In this document: in pieces, positions 37,118-49,560 of the stretch
How the letters are laid out: each line of letters begins with the position of its first letter
Numbering within the stretch: position 1 is the first letter of the stretch
Source of the DNA: Octopus vulgaris
Taxonomy: Eukaryota
Assembly: GCA_951406725.2 (NCBI GenBank)
Contig: OX597815.1
Location: 212,908,001-212,972,000, forward strand
Direction of reading: 5' to 3'
DNA: 64,000 nt
The notes under the pieces: model-generated
What the model saw: the letters and a program-made list of their open reading frames with translations, nothing else
Told to the model about the DNA's origin: nothing
Databases searched by the model: none
Translations under genes and position numbers: made by a program

Positions 37118-37838
37118 AATAAAGGGGTTTTTTTGTTCGGTTTTTCTTTTCACGTCTTGTTTTCCCTATTGTTTTCTTTATACCCAAAGTGATTCAGTTT
37201 TGTCTTCAAGATCTGAAGGAAGCCAGAACAAGTTCTTTGATACATTCAGCATAAGTTGATAAGCAGACAATTTTAATATTATTTCTGATAACACTAAGGT
37301 GATAGGCAGATTAGCAGAATCATTAGAGGATTGGATGAAATACCTTGCAGTATTTATTCCACCTTTTTACTCTGAGTTCAAATCCAGCTGAAGTCAACTT
37401 TACCTTTCATTTTTCCAGGGTCAATAAAATAAGTTAAGATAAAATATCTGTTCTGTATTGGGTTATTTTAACTAACTAATCCCTCTCCTTCAAATTTCTA
37501 GCCATCTGCTTCTCATCATCGTTTAATATCCATGTTCCATGCTGGCATGGGTCGGATGATCTGAAAGGGTTTGACAAGTACTGCATTGTACACCTGCTTC
37601 TACTTTGGCGTGGTTTTTTTTGGCTGGATGTCCTTCCTAATGCCAGCCACTTCTCAGTGAGCACTGGGTGTTTTCTTCATTCTACCAGTATTAGTGAGGC
37701 CATCATACAGTTTACAAGACTACAAATCCCAAAGGGGTAACTTTATGTAAGGAGATGAGGGAGAAAAGGTGGGTTAGAAACAATTATTTCTGATAAGGTT
37801 TTGATGTTTCAGCCCTTAAATAGCATAAAATCAGTTTG

Positions 37839-37869
<31 letters not shown>

Positions 37870-38074
37870 TTCAAGGTTTACATGTAAAATTTAAAGTAAC
37901 TTTACTGCAGGCCTGGCTGTGTGGCTAAGAAGTTTGCTTCCCAACCACATGGTTCTGGGTTCAGTTCCACTGAAATTTTACTATAGCTCTGGGCTCACCA
38001 AAGCCTTGTGAGTGGATTTAGTAGATGAAAACTGAAAGAAAACACCACACACATCTACAAGCGCATGTACGCAT

Positions 38075-38109
<35 letters not shown>

Positions 38110-38536
38110 ATCGTCTTCATCACCATCATTTAACGTCCAGGGCAGGGGTTGGACTGTTGTATGTGTGCATGTACTTGCGTGCATGTGTGTGTGTGTGTGT
38201 GTGTCAGTGCATACGTGCGTGTTTATGTTTGTCTTTGTCTCCCAAAAAGAGACTGATTGAATAAGTACCAAATTTTAAAAAATAATTACTGGGATCAATT
38301 TGTTTGACTAAATTCTCCAAAGTGGTGCCTCAGTCTGACCACTGTTCAATGACTGAAAGAAAGAAACGATGAATGATAATTGTTAATTTAGTACTAAATG
38401 AAAAAAAAAAAGAAACAAAATCAAAAATACAAAACTAAACCTCTTTTTTAATTAATTTAGTGTGTGAAAATTTCTTTGTATTGTTTTAGCCTTCATAACT
38501 AATAAAACATAAAGTCTGTCTTTATTTATTTCTCAG

Positions 38537-38654
38537 AGATAAAACTCAGTTCCGGCATTATATGATTGATTATCTACCCAATGGAAAATATGTTGTTATA
38601 GGAGAGCCAAAACCTCATAGAACATTGTATGACTTAATTAAGTATCACCAAAAG
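38537..38654 (+). CDS. SH2 domain C-terminal exon
   Basis: ttctcAG and GTatga; DKTQFRHYMIDYLPNGKYVVIGEPKPHRTLYDLIKYHQK (HY.I and L..LI.YH motifs). Confidence 0.93.
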
Positions 38655-38974
38655 GTATGATTATAAAATTGGTTCCTTTCTTACATGGTTTTCTTTCTTA
38701 TTTAATCAAACTCTCACCCGTAATCGCACTCACATTTCAGAAACTTATGTTTTCTATTATAACTGTGTAGCTCTTTACCTTAGAGATAATTCTGTCAATG
38801 TTTCTATCCCTCCCCCATTTACTTCTCTAATTGATGGTCGAATTGGTAGTATTGTTAGAGCAGCAAATAATGTCATCCAGTATTCATTCCAACTCCCTAT
38901 TCTCAGAGTTCCTGCCAAACTCAATTTTGCCCTCATTGTTTCAAAGTTGATAAACAAAGTACCAGCACAGTATT

Positions 38975-39037
<63 letters not shown>

Positions 39038-40310
39038 GTCTCTGTCTCTCTCTCAATCTATCTCTCCCCCCTCTCTCTCACCTGGCTTGCCAGTCCTCAA
39101 TCAAACCGTCAAACCCATGCCAGCATGGAAAGCAGACATTAAACGATGATGATGATGATGATGTATAATGATATATATAATTATGATAGATTGTTACCCA
39201 TTCAATGTTTTGGTAAACTTTGTCACCGACTCCCCCCCACCCGACAGAAATCAGTTATGCTTATCTCTTCAAAGTTTAAAATAGTGCTCTTAGTGCTCCA
39301 CTAGCACGAATGCCAGTTGTTGAAATTGATTTTGATTTCACTTGCCTCAACAGGTCTTCGCAAGCAGAGTTTAGTGTCCAATGAAGGAAAGCTACGGCTA
39401 AGTGGGCTAGTTACACCACTGGCATAGGCCACGGGTTATGGTCTCACTTGGCTTGCCGGGTCTTCTCAAGCACAGCATATTTCCAAAGGTCTTGGTCACT
39501 AGTTATTGCCTTGGTGAGGCCTAATGTTCGAAGGTCGTGCTTCACCACCTCATCCCAGGTCTTCCTGGGTCTACTAAGATGTTAATGACTTGTACAGAAA
39601 TGGTATTTTGTTATGCATCCATAATATACTACAAAGTATATTAAACAATTTTATAAGTCAGTACCTTGTACTACTGTGTTAGCAGTGCCCTTACATTACT
39701 TATTAAGGTTATCGCTACAAATTTTCTATAGAAATTATAGCCAGCACTGATCTTGTTACAATGTTTTGAATCTGAGGTGCCAGTTGGATACGAAACATTA
39801 TAACAAAATCAGTGCTGACATAATTTCGAAAGAAAATTTGTCAAGATAACCATAACAAGCAAAATTAAGATGGTTTCCAATTTAAAATGTTGTCCAACAC
39901 AATGGCAAAGAAAGAAGGGTTATATGAATGCAAATTCTGTTTTGTTTTCTTATTAATGAAGAAGAGAAGGGGGTAAAAGTTACACTAATATTTTGGTGGT
40001 GGCAGCAGTGTTGGTGGCAGTGAGTCTGCCATTTGTTAGTTTGAGAACTGCCACTCTAGAACAGTTTTGCTGAATTCCGATTCCTGTTACCGACTCCAGA
40101 CCATTGTGAAACAAACTTTCCTTCCATTTATTTATGCCCTCTTCTATCTGCTTCTTTCGTACTATTAGGATTGAAACTCAAATTTAACTGATTATTTTTA
40201 TTTTATTTTATCATATAAAACCATTAGAACAAAATCTCCAACTGGGATTATTTGCTGACTGAACCTTGTAGAAGGGTGAGTATATAATTATATCTATGTT
40301 TATGCATTTT

Positions 40311-40576
40311 GTGGAGGCGCGTGGCTTAGTGGTTAGGGTGTCAGCATCATGATCATAAGATTGTGCTTTCGATTCCTGGACCGGGCAACGCGTTGTGTTC
40401 TTGAGCAAAACACTTCATTTCACGTTGCTCCAGTCCACTCAGCTGGCAAAAGTGATTAATGCTGCGATGGACTGGCGTCCCTTCCAGCTGGGGAACACAT
40501 ACGCCATTGAAAACGGGAAACCGGGCCCATGAGCCTGGCTAGGCTTTAAAAAATAGGCGCATTTATTATTTTTTAT
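40311..40576 (+). mobile_element. tRNA-derived SINE (second family) with TSD
   Basis: GTGGCTTAGTGG A-box, TTCGATTCC B-box; TSD TTTATGCATTTT on both sides. Confidence 0.82.
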
Positions 40577-40678
40577 TTTATGCATTTTACTATATCTAGT
40601 ATGAAAATTATACTGGGCAGACCAAAGCCTTTTGAGTGCATTTAGTTGATAGAAACTAAAAGAAGTCCATCATATATG

Positions 40679-40735
<57 letters not shown>

Positions 40736-41126
40736 GTTTGTGCCTTGTATCTATGTTGTCCACCTCATCACTATTTGACAACTGGCATTAGTGTGTAACT
40801 TGTAACTTAGCAATTCAGCAAAAGAGACCAACAGAATAAGTAACAGGCTTTAAAAAAATATGAAATAAATACTGGGGTTGATTTGTTTGACTAAAATTGT
40901 TCAAGGCATTGCCCCAACATAACCACAGACTAATGACTGAAACAAGTAAAAAGTTGAAAAGATTAAAAGAAAAGAAAGAGATGTTTGCCTGCGTGCATAC
41001 AAATACATATATACACATACACATAAACACATGCACGTATATACACACAAGGTATGGTCACACAATCCTATGTGACTTTATGCTATTTTAACATATAAAT
41101 AAAACATACAGTATATACACATATAC

Positions 41127-41165
<39 letters not shown>

Positions 41166-41561
41166 TACACACACACACACACATGTTGATGCGATAAGAA
41201 TTTGTAAATTTTCAAAATATAATAAAAATAATAATAATAATAACCGGACATAACGAGGTGTATTTTGTATTTATATTTGTGTAACATCGTCAGTTTTTCC
41301 ATCCTTGCTTTCGTATACATTCGATGCTTTCTTCTAAGAAATCTAATGCTCTTAGCTTAGTTTTTCCATGGGGCTGGCCAGATTGGAGCAATCTGAAGAT
41401 TAATCAGCTGAAATTGCGAGGATGATCCGGTTCTTGACTGAGGATAGAAAGCTTCGAATGACCTGTCCTTGATTTTTTTTGTATCATCTATCTGAATGTT
41501 TTGTTGTCCCTTTTTGTAATTACCTTGTTGTCCGGATGTTTTGCGTTCTTGTCCCATTTTG

Positions 41562-41618
<57 letters not shown>

Positions 41619-41622
<4 letters not shown>

Positions 41623-41943
41623 AAAAAAAAGTCAAGATAGAAAATGCTAAAATAATTTTATAAAAAACATTTCAGTACCGGTTTCAGTCATTGAGACTTT
41701 TTCAACTGTCTCTGTTAACCCACAAGAGTAAACAAGAGAGACAGAGAAAGGCAGAAACAAGGAAAATGCCACTTGTTTTTGAACACTATACAAATATTCT
41801 TTTAAAAAAACTTTTCATTTAATTTTTCTAAATTTAATTATTTAATTGTTACAGTTGAAAAAGTCTCAATGACTGAAACCGGTACTGAAATGTTTTTTAT
41901 AAAATTATTTTAGCATTTTCTATCTTGACTTTTTTTTTTCCAT
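41619..41943. repeat. ~90-bp inverted repeat with a ~140-bp spacer
   Basis: 41619-41709 is the reverse complement of 41851-41943 except for A/T run length. Confidence 0.93.
41852..41887 (+). ncRNA. hammerhead-like motif (U3-A8 variant); identical copy on the - strand at about 41673-41708
   Basis: CAG-TTGAAAA-AGTC(TCAAT)GACT-GAAA-CCGG-TA-CTG; palindromic ACCGGT stem III. Confidence 0.62.
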
Positions 41944-42036
41944 ATATATCAACTCGTGTGTCCCTTTTCATCCTTATACATACATATATATATATATATA
42001 TACTAATAAATGACAAACATTATTGCATTATTGCAG

Positions 42037-42114
42037 GAGTTTCCTTGTTCATCCTGTGATGACATCCTTTATGACTATGTTGGCTATTTGGAAATGGAGA
42101 AATTGAAAGAATCT
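42037..42114 (+). CDS. myosin tail exon (end of SH2)
   Basis: ttgcAG and GTaagt; EFPCSSCDDILYDYVGYLEMEKLKES; phase 0 to 0. Confidence 0.82.
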
Positions 42115-42348
42115 GTAAGTATACACTCTCTCTTTTACATACAAACACACATATACACATCGATGTATACTGCTGCATCACAACCGTCTCAACTCAAAAG
42201 ACAACTTTATATTATAGTTATTGACCCAAGACAATTTTTTTTCAAATATTGTCCATCATTTGACACATTCAAATTATTAAACATTTTCAATTCCTCTAAT
42301 TTAAACATTTCTATGAGAATTTCAGAAATATTTCTTCTATACCTCTAG

Positions 42349-42411
42349 GTAAAAGGTACTCCACCAAGGCTTCCAAACCGGAGATATAAGCCAAAACCAG
42401 TAGAAGCCGGA
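42349..42411 (+). CDS. myosin tail exon, proline-rich
   Basis: cctctAG and GTaagt; VKGTPPRLPNRRYKPKPVEAG; phase 0 to 0. Confidence 0.8.
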
Positions 42412-42860
42412 GTAAGTACATTCATTTTAGTCAGAGTAGAGAATTAAAAAATGTGAAGTGAATGAAAGACAAAAAAATAAAGATGAAGTTGGCCTTCCAT
42501 TCTGTTGTTTTTCCATATAGTTTTGTTTTTTTGTTTTGCTTTGTTTTCTACTTTCTTTTGTATCAGGGAACATAACTCTTCAGTCCTTCTGAGTCATTGT
42601 TCTTGCACTGAAAATAATCATTCTTTAGTGGGGAAAGAAAAGTTTCATTTACTTTTCTGAAAGCCTTAGCGATTATGATCCACTTCCTTTTCCGGCTATT
42701 TTTGTAAAACCTGTCTCATATCCAAGCAGGCACATTTGATAATGTACCTATCTACTAGACTTGAGAAACATCTTATTATGTAATGTATTTTGTATGATTG
42801 TTATAAAATTAAATATTTATTCTTTTTATTTAGAATACTGAATTCTTCTTTGATTATGAA

Positions 42861-42895
<35 letters not shown>

Positions 42896-43688
42896 CATGC
42901 ACAGAGAAAGAGAGTGGAGTGAGAGGGGAGAGATAAATAAACAGAAAAAAGTAGCATTCAGCAAATATGCTGTATTTTCTGGCATACAAGTTGAATTTTT
43001 CAGACCAAAATTTATAGTAAAAAAAAAAGTTTGGTTGACTTATGCACATAAACGACTTTAGAAGGCAAAAAATCCCATGTGAAGGGCAACGGGATTTGGA
43101 AAAAAAAAGTGTTGTTGTTTGAATGTTTACATAATATGTTTACACTGTATACTTGGACAAATTGTATGCCAAAAAATCTAGTAGTTAGAGATGTATTCTA
43201 CATTAAGTTGGCTCTACTTTACTCAAAGTTTTGTAAAAGCAGATATGTATTTACACCTATAAATGCAAAAATTCAGAAGGAAGCTTTAAAGGTAACTTCT
43301 GATTGAAAATATTTGGTCAGGGTATCTACATCGGTCACATGAATAGACTGATGATACACCGACATTGGATAATTACATATATACTACTGGGGTGGCTGGC
43401 TGGCTGGCCAAGAATCTATTTTTGGAATCCAGATCTCTTGTAGACATGGCAGATGTATGCATACATGCATATATGCAGTTTTTTAAGTGATGGAAACTGG
43501 AATCCCTGGCTTTTGTAAAACTTTTAAGATTGTTTCCAGGTGAAAATTTTGACATTTGAATCCTGGACTTGTCTTTGAAAATACAGGTATATGGCAACCC
43601 TAACATAGTAGAGAAAACAGTCTTGTATCAGATAATCAGTGGCCTGCAGGGTTTGGATACTGTGTTAGAGACTGACTGAAGTTACTGG

Positions 43689-44165
43689 TGTGGTAGTGTT
43701 GAGCATTTAATAATGGAAGGCAAGGTTTACAATATCGGAGGAATATCGTCTCCTTCCATCATCTTCTTGTTCTTCTTGTAGTTCAGGCTTCCGGCAGGCG
43801 AAGAAAAAAGACTTCAAGTGCAAATGCTGTTTACAACTGGTTTATTTACAGGAAAGGTGAAGTGAGCTGCTCTCAGCTTCCATCTTAAGCTCCAATAGTG
43901 AGGGTGCAAATTGCCTCTGGAGATAGACAGGTAAAAAGCCTCAGCCAGTGCTGCTGTGAAGGTGGCACCAAAAGAGACAGCTCTGAATCGGTTTACCCTT
44001 TATATAGTTTTTCCCATCGCAAGCCTTGTTGTGATCTCACGCATAGCAAATGGATGCAGGTGAGGTCTCACTCCAGTCTCGGAGATGGCAATGGCTGCTG
44101 CGAGATCTCATCCAATATGGCGCTGGCTGCTTGTGTCACTATAAGTATAAACCAACACTACCACT
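43689..44165 (-). mobile_element. probable solo LTR
   Basis: 12-bp terminal inverted repeat GTGGTAGTGTTG / CAACACTACCAC, with TG at one end; on the - strand TATATAAA lies upstream of AATAAA; no clear TSD. Confidence 0.55.
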
Positions 44166-44676
44166 CTTTGCGTGTTGTAGCAGTGTGGTGTAATTTGATC
44201 TGGGTGGGTACTGCTAGGGTTTGATCATGTTGCATAGGAGGATGGTCAGACAGACAGGTATTTACCATTGTTTTAGAGTCCACTTCAGGTTTGCATGAGT
44301 CACCTGGAATTTGTTGAGGCAGAGTTTCTATGGTTGGATATCCTTTGTAAGATTGCCAAACCTCACCTGTTTCCAAGTAAAGTAACATTTCCCCATGGCC
44401 AGACATGTTTTTCAGTGAAGACCAGAAGCAAGGAGCATCGTTTGTTGTAGGTATTGCTTGTTTTTAAAACCAGCAAATGATGTCAAGGCAAGGGAAACAA
44501 ACACACACACACACATGTATGTTCTCATATTGTCCTGCAAAACATCTGGACATATCATAAGCCATATTGTTTGTGTGTGTGTGTGTGTGTGTCTGTGTGT
44601 GCTTGCATATGTGTGGTTGTATGAGTCAAGATTGGAAACTGAGTTCTAAATTCTGACATTGTTTGTGTCTTTTTAG

Positions 44677-44748
44677 AAAGGGAAAGATACTGCTTCCAGA
44701 AGGACATCAAAGGACAGTTCACTGCAGACTTCAAAACTAGAAAAATTG
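44677..44748 (+). CDS. myosin tail exon (low complexity)
   Basis: tttttAG and GTgagt; KGKDTASRRTSKDSSLQTSKLEKL, open in phase 0 to 0. Confidence 0.68.
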
Positions 44749-45899
44749 GTGAGTAATGTTTAATGGTATTCTTTATAGAAATCATTGTTTTATTTTCAAT
44801 CACAAGAACATTGTCTTTTGAGTTTTCTACAATAATGGTTTATTTTACGTGCATTTTATATTATGTGCAATGTCAAATGGAAGGGCCGTGACATTTATGG
44901 AAAAAAAACGAATATGATTGTCAAGTAATAAATAACACTTTTAAGTAGAAAACAAAATATCCAAATGGTCTGATGAAAATATATTTTCCAGTTTTGTTAC
45001 CAACTTCATTAGTTGTGGCATTTGTTGCTGTAATATTTATTGTTGTTCTTTGAGTTGTTGCTGTTTTTGAAACTCAACTAGACCCTCTAACAAGTTTTCC
45101 ATATAACTTTTCTAACAAGTTTTCATACAGGTTTTCAACATTGCCTGTGTGAATTTTTTATATCCTTGTCGTCACGGTTATACTGTGGATCCTCGTTCCC
45201 TTGTATGTTATTGTTGGCACTGTAATAATCTTGCTGCCACCATTATGCTGTGGTGATATTCCACATTTTATTATCTTTGACCAATCTATCATGCTATGAT
45301 AGCTTTGAAAGACGACAACTTTGTAACATCTACCTTGATGGTAACTCAAACTCGTATATATCACGTCACTGATACTGACTCCAACTGAGAACTCTACTAC
45401 TACTGACCTCCTACAACAACTGTCTGACTTTATAGTGGCTGGGTCATACTACTTTGTCACTTCATTTTCTCCATCTACTTGTCCTCACAAGCCACTGCCA
45501 GTAATATTTCATCATGGACAAAAACTGCAGTATCTTCCTGTCAGTGGTGTATGTGCATTAAGTATGATACATAAATAGCTATTTTAATTTAATACTGCTT
45601 CAATTAATATACACCAGATTTTTCTGGAGCCTAGTTGCTTTTCACTATATCAGTGAATATATTAGTTACTGTTCCCTTTATCTGAAATGAGAAATGTTTT
45701 CTAAAGATGTGGTTGTATATGCACATCATTGACAAGGTCTAATAAGGCTGAAATATATCTGCCTTTTAAAGGAAAGTCAAAGCCAGTATATCAGAGAGAA
45801 AAAGAGAGATACAACCACATGCACAAGTTGCCATGAGAGTCAGAAATGCTAGACTAAAAAACCTGAAGAGAGGAGGAGACTCAAATTGTTGGTTTAATA

Positions 45900-46115
45900 A
45901 AAAAAATAATAAATGCGCCCTTTTTAAAGCCTAGACAGGCTCATGGGCCTGGTTTCCTGGTTTCTATGGCATGTGTTCCCCAGCTGAGTGGACTGGAGCA
46001 ATGTGAAATGAAGTGTTTTGCTCAAGAACACAACGCGTTGCCCGGTCCAGGAATCGAAACCACAATCTTATGATCATGATGCTGACACCCTAGCCACTAA
46101 GCCACGTGCCTCCAC
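45900..46115 (-). mobile_element. SINE of the 40311 family with a 13-bp TSD
   Basis: reverse complement of the 40311 copy with a small internal deletion; TSD TGTTGGTTTAATA at 45887-45899 and 46116-46128. Confidence 0.82.
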
Positions 46116-46815
46116 TGTTGGTTTAATAGATAGCTGGTCATTCTCCATTGAGTTAACCTGCCCTTGTAGGCAGATGTTCTTAAGTCTGTCAGGGTGTTCA
46201 TCCACCGTACACACACAAAGAGGAGAATCTTGAGTTGTGTTGCTTGTTGTAGCTGGCAGTGGCCGGACTACAAAGCAGCTTGTATTAGTTTACAGGATTA
46301 CCAGTTACCAGTTGCTGATCATTTTCATTTGGCCTGACATAGTTTCATAACAGAGTAACTGTTAGTTAGCAAGACATTCTTCAAGCATAACAGTCTGAAA
46401 GAGTAACATGTTGCTTTGGAACTATTTCACTGAAAAAGCAAGGTTTTGCTCTCCTTTTCATTTGAATGCAAATAACATTGATTCTAGTATACAAAACGTT
46501 TTTTTTCTTAATTGTTGATCTGAGTTTCAAGTTACAACTCCCAAATGCACCAACAGCAATATTCCTGGGGTCACACGAGGTGTTTTAACAGCAGACCTCA
46601 TCACAGTTGATCCAGCCAGGATTGCATCTCCACATCAATAAACTGCAAACCTGCCTTCATTACCCAAAGCCACTTAATAGCTTTCTTAGTGGCTTCTCTG
46701 ATAGAACATAAAATTGTTGCATTATAAGAAATTTTTTGTCATTTTATAATTTTGTATTTGTTAAATATCAATGAATGTTCTTATAATTTTTGAATGAATT
46801 AATTTTAAATTTCAG

Positions 46816-46845
46816 AAAAAGGGATTTAGAGGACTCTTGGAATAG
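46816..46845 (+). CDS. putative terminal myosin exon
   Basis: tttcAG acceptor; KKGFRGLLE then TAG; followed by an AT-rich stretch with AATAAA. Confidence 0.55.
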   Translation, partial: KKGFRGLLE

Positions 46846-47066
46846 ATTAAATTTACTCACAAGTTAGTTTTGAGAGCAAGAACAAACTTCACCTGACCAT
46901 CAGTAATCAATATGGATGATACAAAGGTATTTTAATTCCGTATGACCTAATTAAGTGTTGACAAAATCATGGCATTTTACTTGGAACAATATTCTATTCC
47001 ACTAATTCAGTTATGTTAATCAGAAGAGTGTGTGACATTTTCCTTCATTTTTATCAAATTTTATTC

Positions 47067-47072
47067 AATAAA
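47067..47072 (+). terminator. candidate polyadenylation signal of the myosin gene
   Basis: AATAAA about 220 nt after the putative stop; further AATAAA hexamers follow within about 110 nt. Confidence 0.4.
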
Positions 47073-47335
47073 AGTACATTTAATACATCAAAAAAATCTA
47101 TTTTCTTACTGCTTGTTTATGAAATAAAATGTGATGGTAAATCATTTATTTAAATCAATCAATCATATATAAATAAATATTATAGATTAATTCAAATTAA
47201 TGCATAAACTGTTATTAACTGTTAATTTTACCTGTGTTTGTGTTTTTTCTATTTGTTTCGTGTTATCCTGATGTTTCATCTGATGTCTCAAAGAAAGAGC
47301 AGCTTATAGTGAAGAGCATCACAGAATTACTAACG

Positions 47336-47641
47336 GTGGTGGCACATGGCCTAGTAGTTAGAGCAGCAGACTCGCAGTTGAGGGATCGCGGGTTCGAATC
47401 TCAGACCGGGCGATGTGTGTGTTTATGAGCAAAACACCTTAGCCCCACGCAGCTCTGGCAGAAGATAATGGTGAACTTCTGCTGACTCTTTCGCCACAAC
47501 TTTCTCTCACTCTTTCCTCCTGCATCTTGCAGCTCACCTGCGATGGACTGGCATCCCATCCAGGTGGGGAACCTATACGCCAAGGAAACCGGGAAACCGG
47601 CCCTGATGAGCTAGGCATGGCTCTAGAAAGAATAAACAACA
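47336..47641 (+). mobile_element. tRNA-derived SINE (third family) with an 11-bp TSD
   Basis: TGGCCTAGTAG A-box, GGTTCGAATCT B-box, (AAC)n tail; TSD AATTACTAACG. Confidence 0.82.
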
Positions 47642-48219
47642 AATTACTAACGAGTGTTCGTTATTTCAATCTATTCTTCTGAGATAGAAATTTAAGGTTC
47701 TCACAGTTATTCCTGTAATTATGAATGCCAATTCTGATGATCTTGGGCTGTTGTATTACTCAACTGACTCCACTGCTTTTTCAGTATGAACAGAGAGGTC
47801 TTCAACAGATTTTTTTTATATAAGTTACAATTCAATATAATTCCTTTGAAGTAACTATTTTCTCTGTTCAGATCATCTTTCTTAATGTTTGCTATCATCT
47901 GTCATTAAAGCTCATGATTATATCCAGAGCCACAACAACATCCTTGTTTGCATCTGGTAGGAAATGATCTGATCCTGCAGCACAGCATCCCCCATCATTT
48001 CAATGTAGGCTTCCTCTTATAAATGTGAGCCTTGCTGCAGTCAAATGATGTTGCACACAAAATGGCTGCCACACCTCTCATTTTTATTCAGTAATCATCA
48101 TCATCGTCGTCATCATCATCATTATTTTAACGTCCACTTTTCCATGCTTCTGTGTATCAAATGGAGTATGTTGAAGCAGATTTTCAATAGCTGGATGCTC
48201 ATGGAAACCCCACAAAACT

Positions 48220-49560
48220 ACTGTTGCTCAGACCACGGAAACAAGCGTCCTCTCCCTATACTCCTCATTCTACTGATGCATGTTCAGAACAGGCTGCTTT
48301 ACTCAAACTATCTTGGCACTCATCCACCTTTCAACAAAATTTTCTGGGAGACAGCACTTTCCTCTCTGCCCTCATTTTCCTTTTCAAATGAAAAATTGAG
48401 GCTTAACCAAAGAGGATGGTGTGTTTTCAGCCCTTTCAGTCAAATCCACCACACAACCTCTTTCGTTAAGGCCACCAAGCAGATAAAAATTGCCAATCCT
48501 TCTGGGCCAAAGAAGGCAGCAGGACTCTTCACATTGGACTCAGCTGATTGCTGGATCCATCCTACACATGACAACATATATTCAACATAACTTCATTAAT
48601 CAACAATGTTTGGGCACCGGATGAATGTGTAGACTGATCTTGTTGTTTTGTGTGCATCTCGGACATGCCTGGTTGATGGTACTTCCATGAGTTTATCTCG
48701 AACCAGCAATATTCCCGCCACCGGTAGCACTGCCAGGCGAGATATTTATTAAAATTAACAATAAGCCCCAGGCCGAAAGTCCTCTGGAAATTCCAGTTGA
48801 TTCTTGTTGAATTAGTCTCCTTAAGAACTTCGTTGCTCTTGCCCTCCACTGACCCTCAATGGACTCCCAAAATAAGACTTCCCTTGAGTGCATTGCTCGA
48901 CCGGTTAAAAGTTGTGGGCGCCTGGCTTTGGTCTATGCATGATCCAGGACTGAAGCTCGTCAAAGGAACGAACTGTGAAAAAGCGAGTCTGACAAACAGC
49001 AATCACAACTGTTTACCATCAAGGAAAAGCTGGAAATGTTGCAACATTAGCACATGTCTGCAAATCATCAATCGCGATATACCAATTTCTACGTTCAACG
49101 GGTGTTAATAACAAATGGAGCTCTTGGCCAGTGAACGCGTTCCTTATTCAGAAAATGGCAGAGTAGGTGCACCAGTCCAATAAGACGTGAACTGGGCAAA
49201 GTACGACAGCCATGCAGTAATGCAAGCGTTTGCCACCTCTGTTCAACCTTTTAGAGATAACTTTGTCTGGGCCAATTTCATCCCAGTTCCTCTCTGCTTG
49301 GCGACCTGGACCAAATTAGACCCCGAGCAATTTAACCGATCCGTCCGTCCAACGCGCCATGAGGTTGTTGGAACAACGTACCGCATGTTTGCACATCAGT
49401 AATTAGCCTATCGATGATAAGTGCCAACCTCTTTGCTAACACATTGGGCAACATTTTAAAATCTGTGTTTAACATAGATATAGGCCGAAAATTAATCAAA
49501 GACTCATAGAACTGGGAATTATTCGGCCCTGCTGCCAGTAGATATCTTTCAAATGGTTTC
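48220..49560 (-). mobile_element. degenerate L1/Tx1-like LINE fragment
   Basis: NFRPISMLNTDFKMLPNVLAKRL (RT domain 0/1); heavily disrupted downstream. Confidence 0.65.

Noticed and set aside
41385-41470. Two further hammerhead-like cores (CTGAAGA...GAAA and CTGAGGA...GAA)
   Set aside because: I could not form convincing stems I and II or a UH site; possibly a decayed terminus but unsupported
47336-47410. tRNA gene (A and B boxes present; similar heads at 8540-8610 and 40311-40385)
   Set aside because: No complete cloverleaf acceptor stem is evident, and the 47336 and 40311 heads continue into SINE bodies bounded by TSDs
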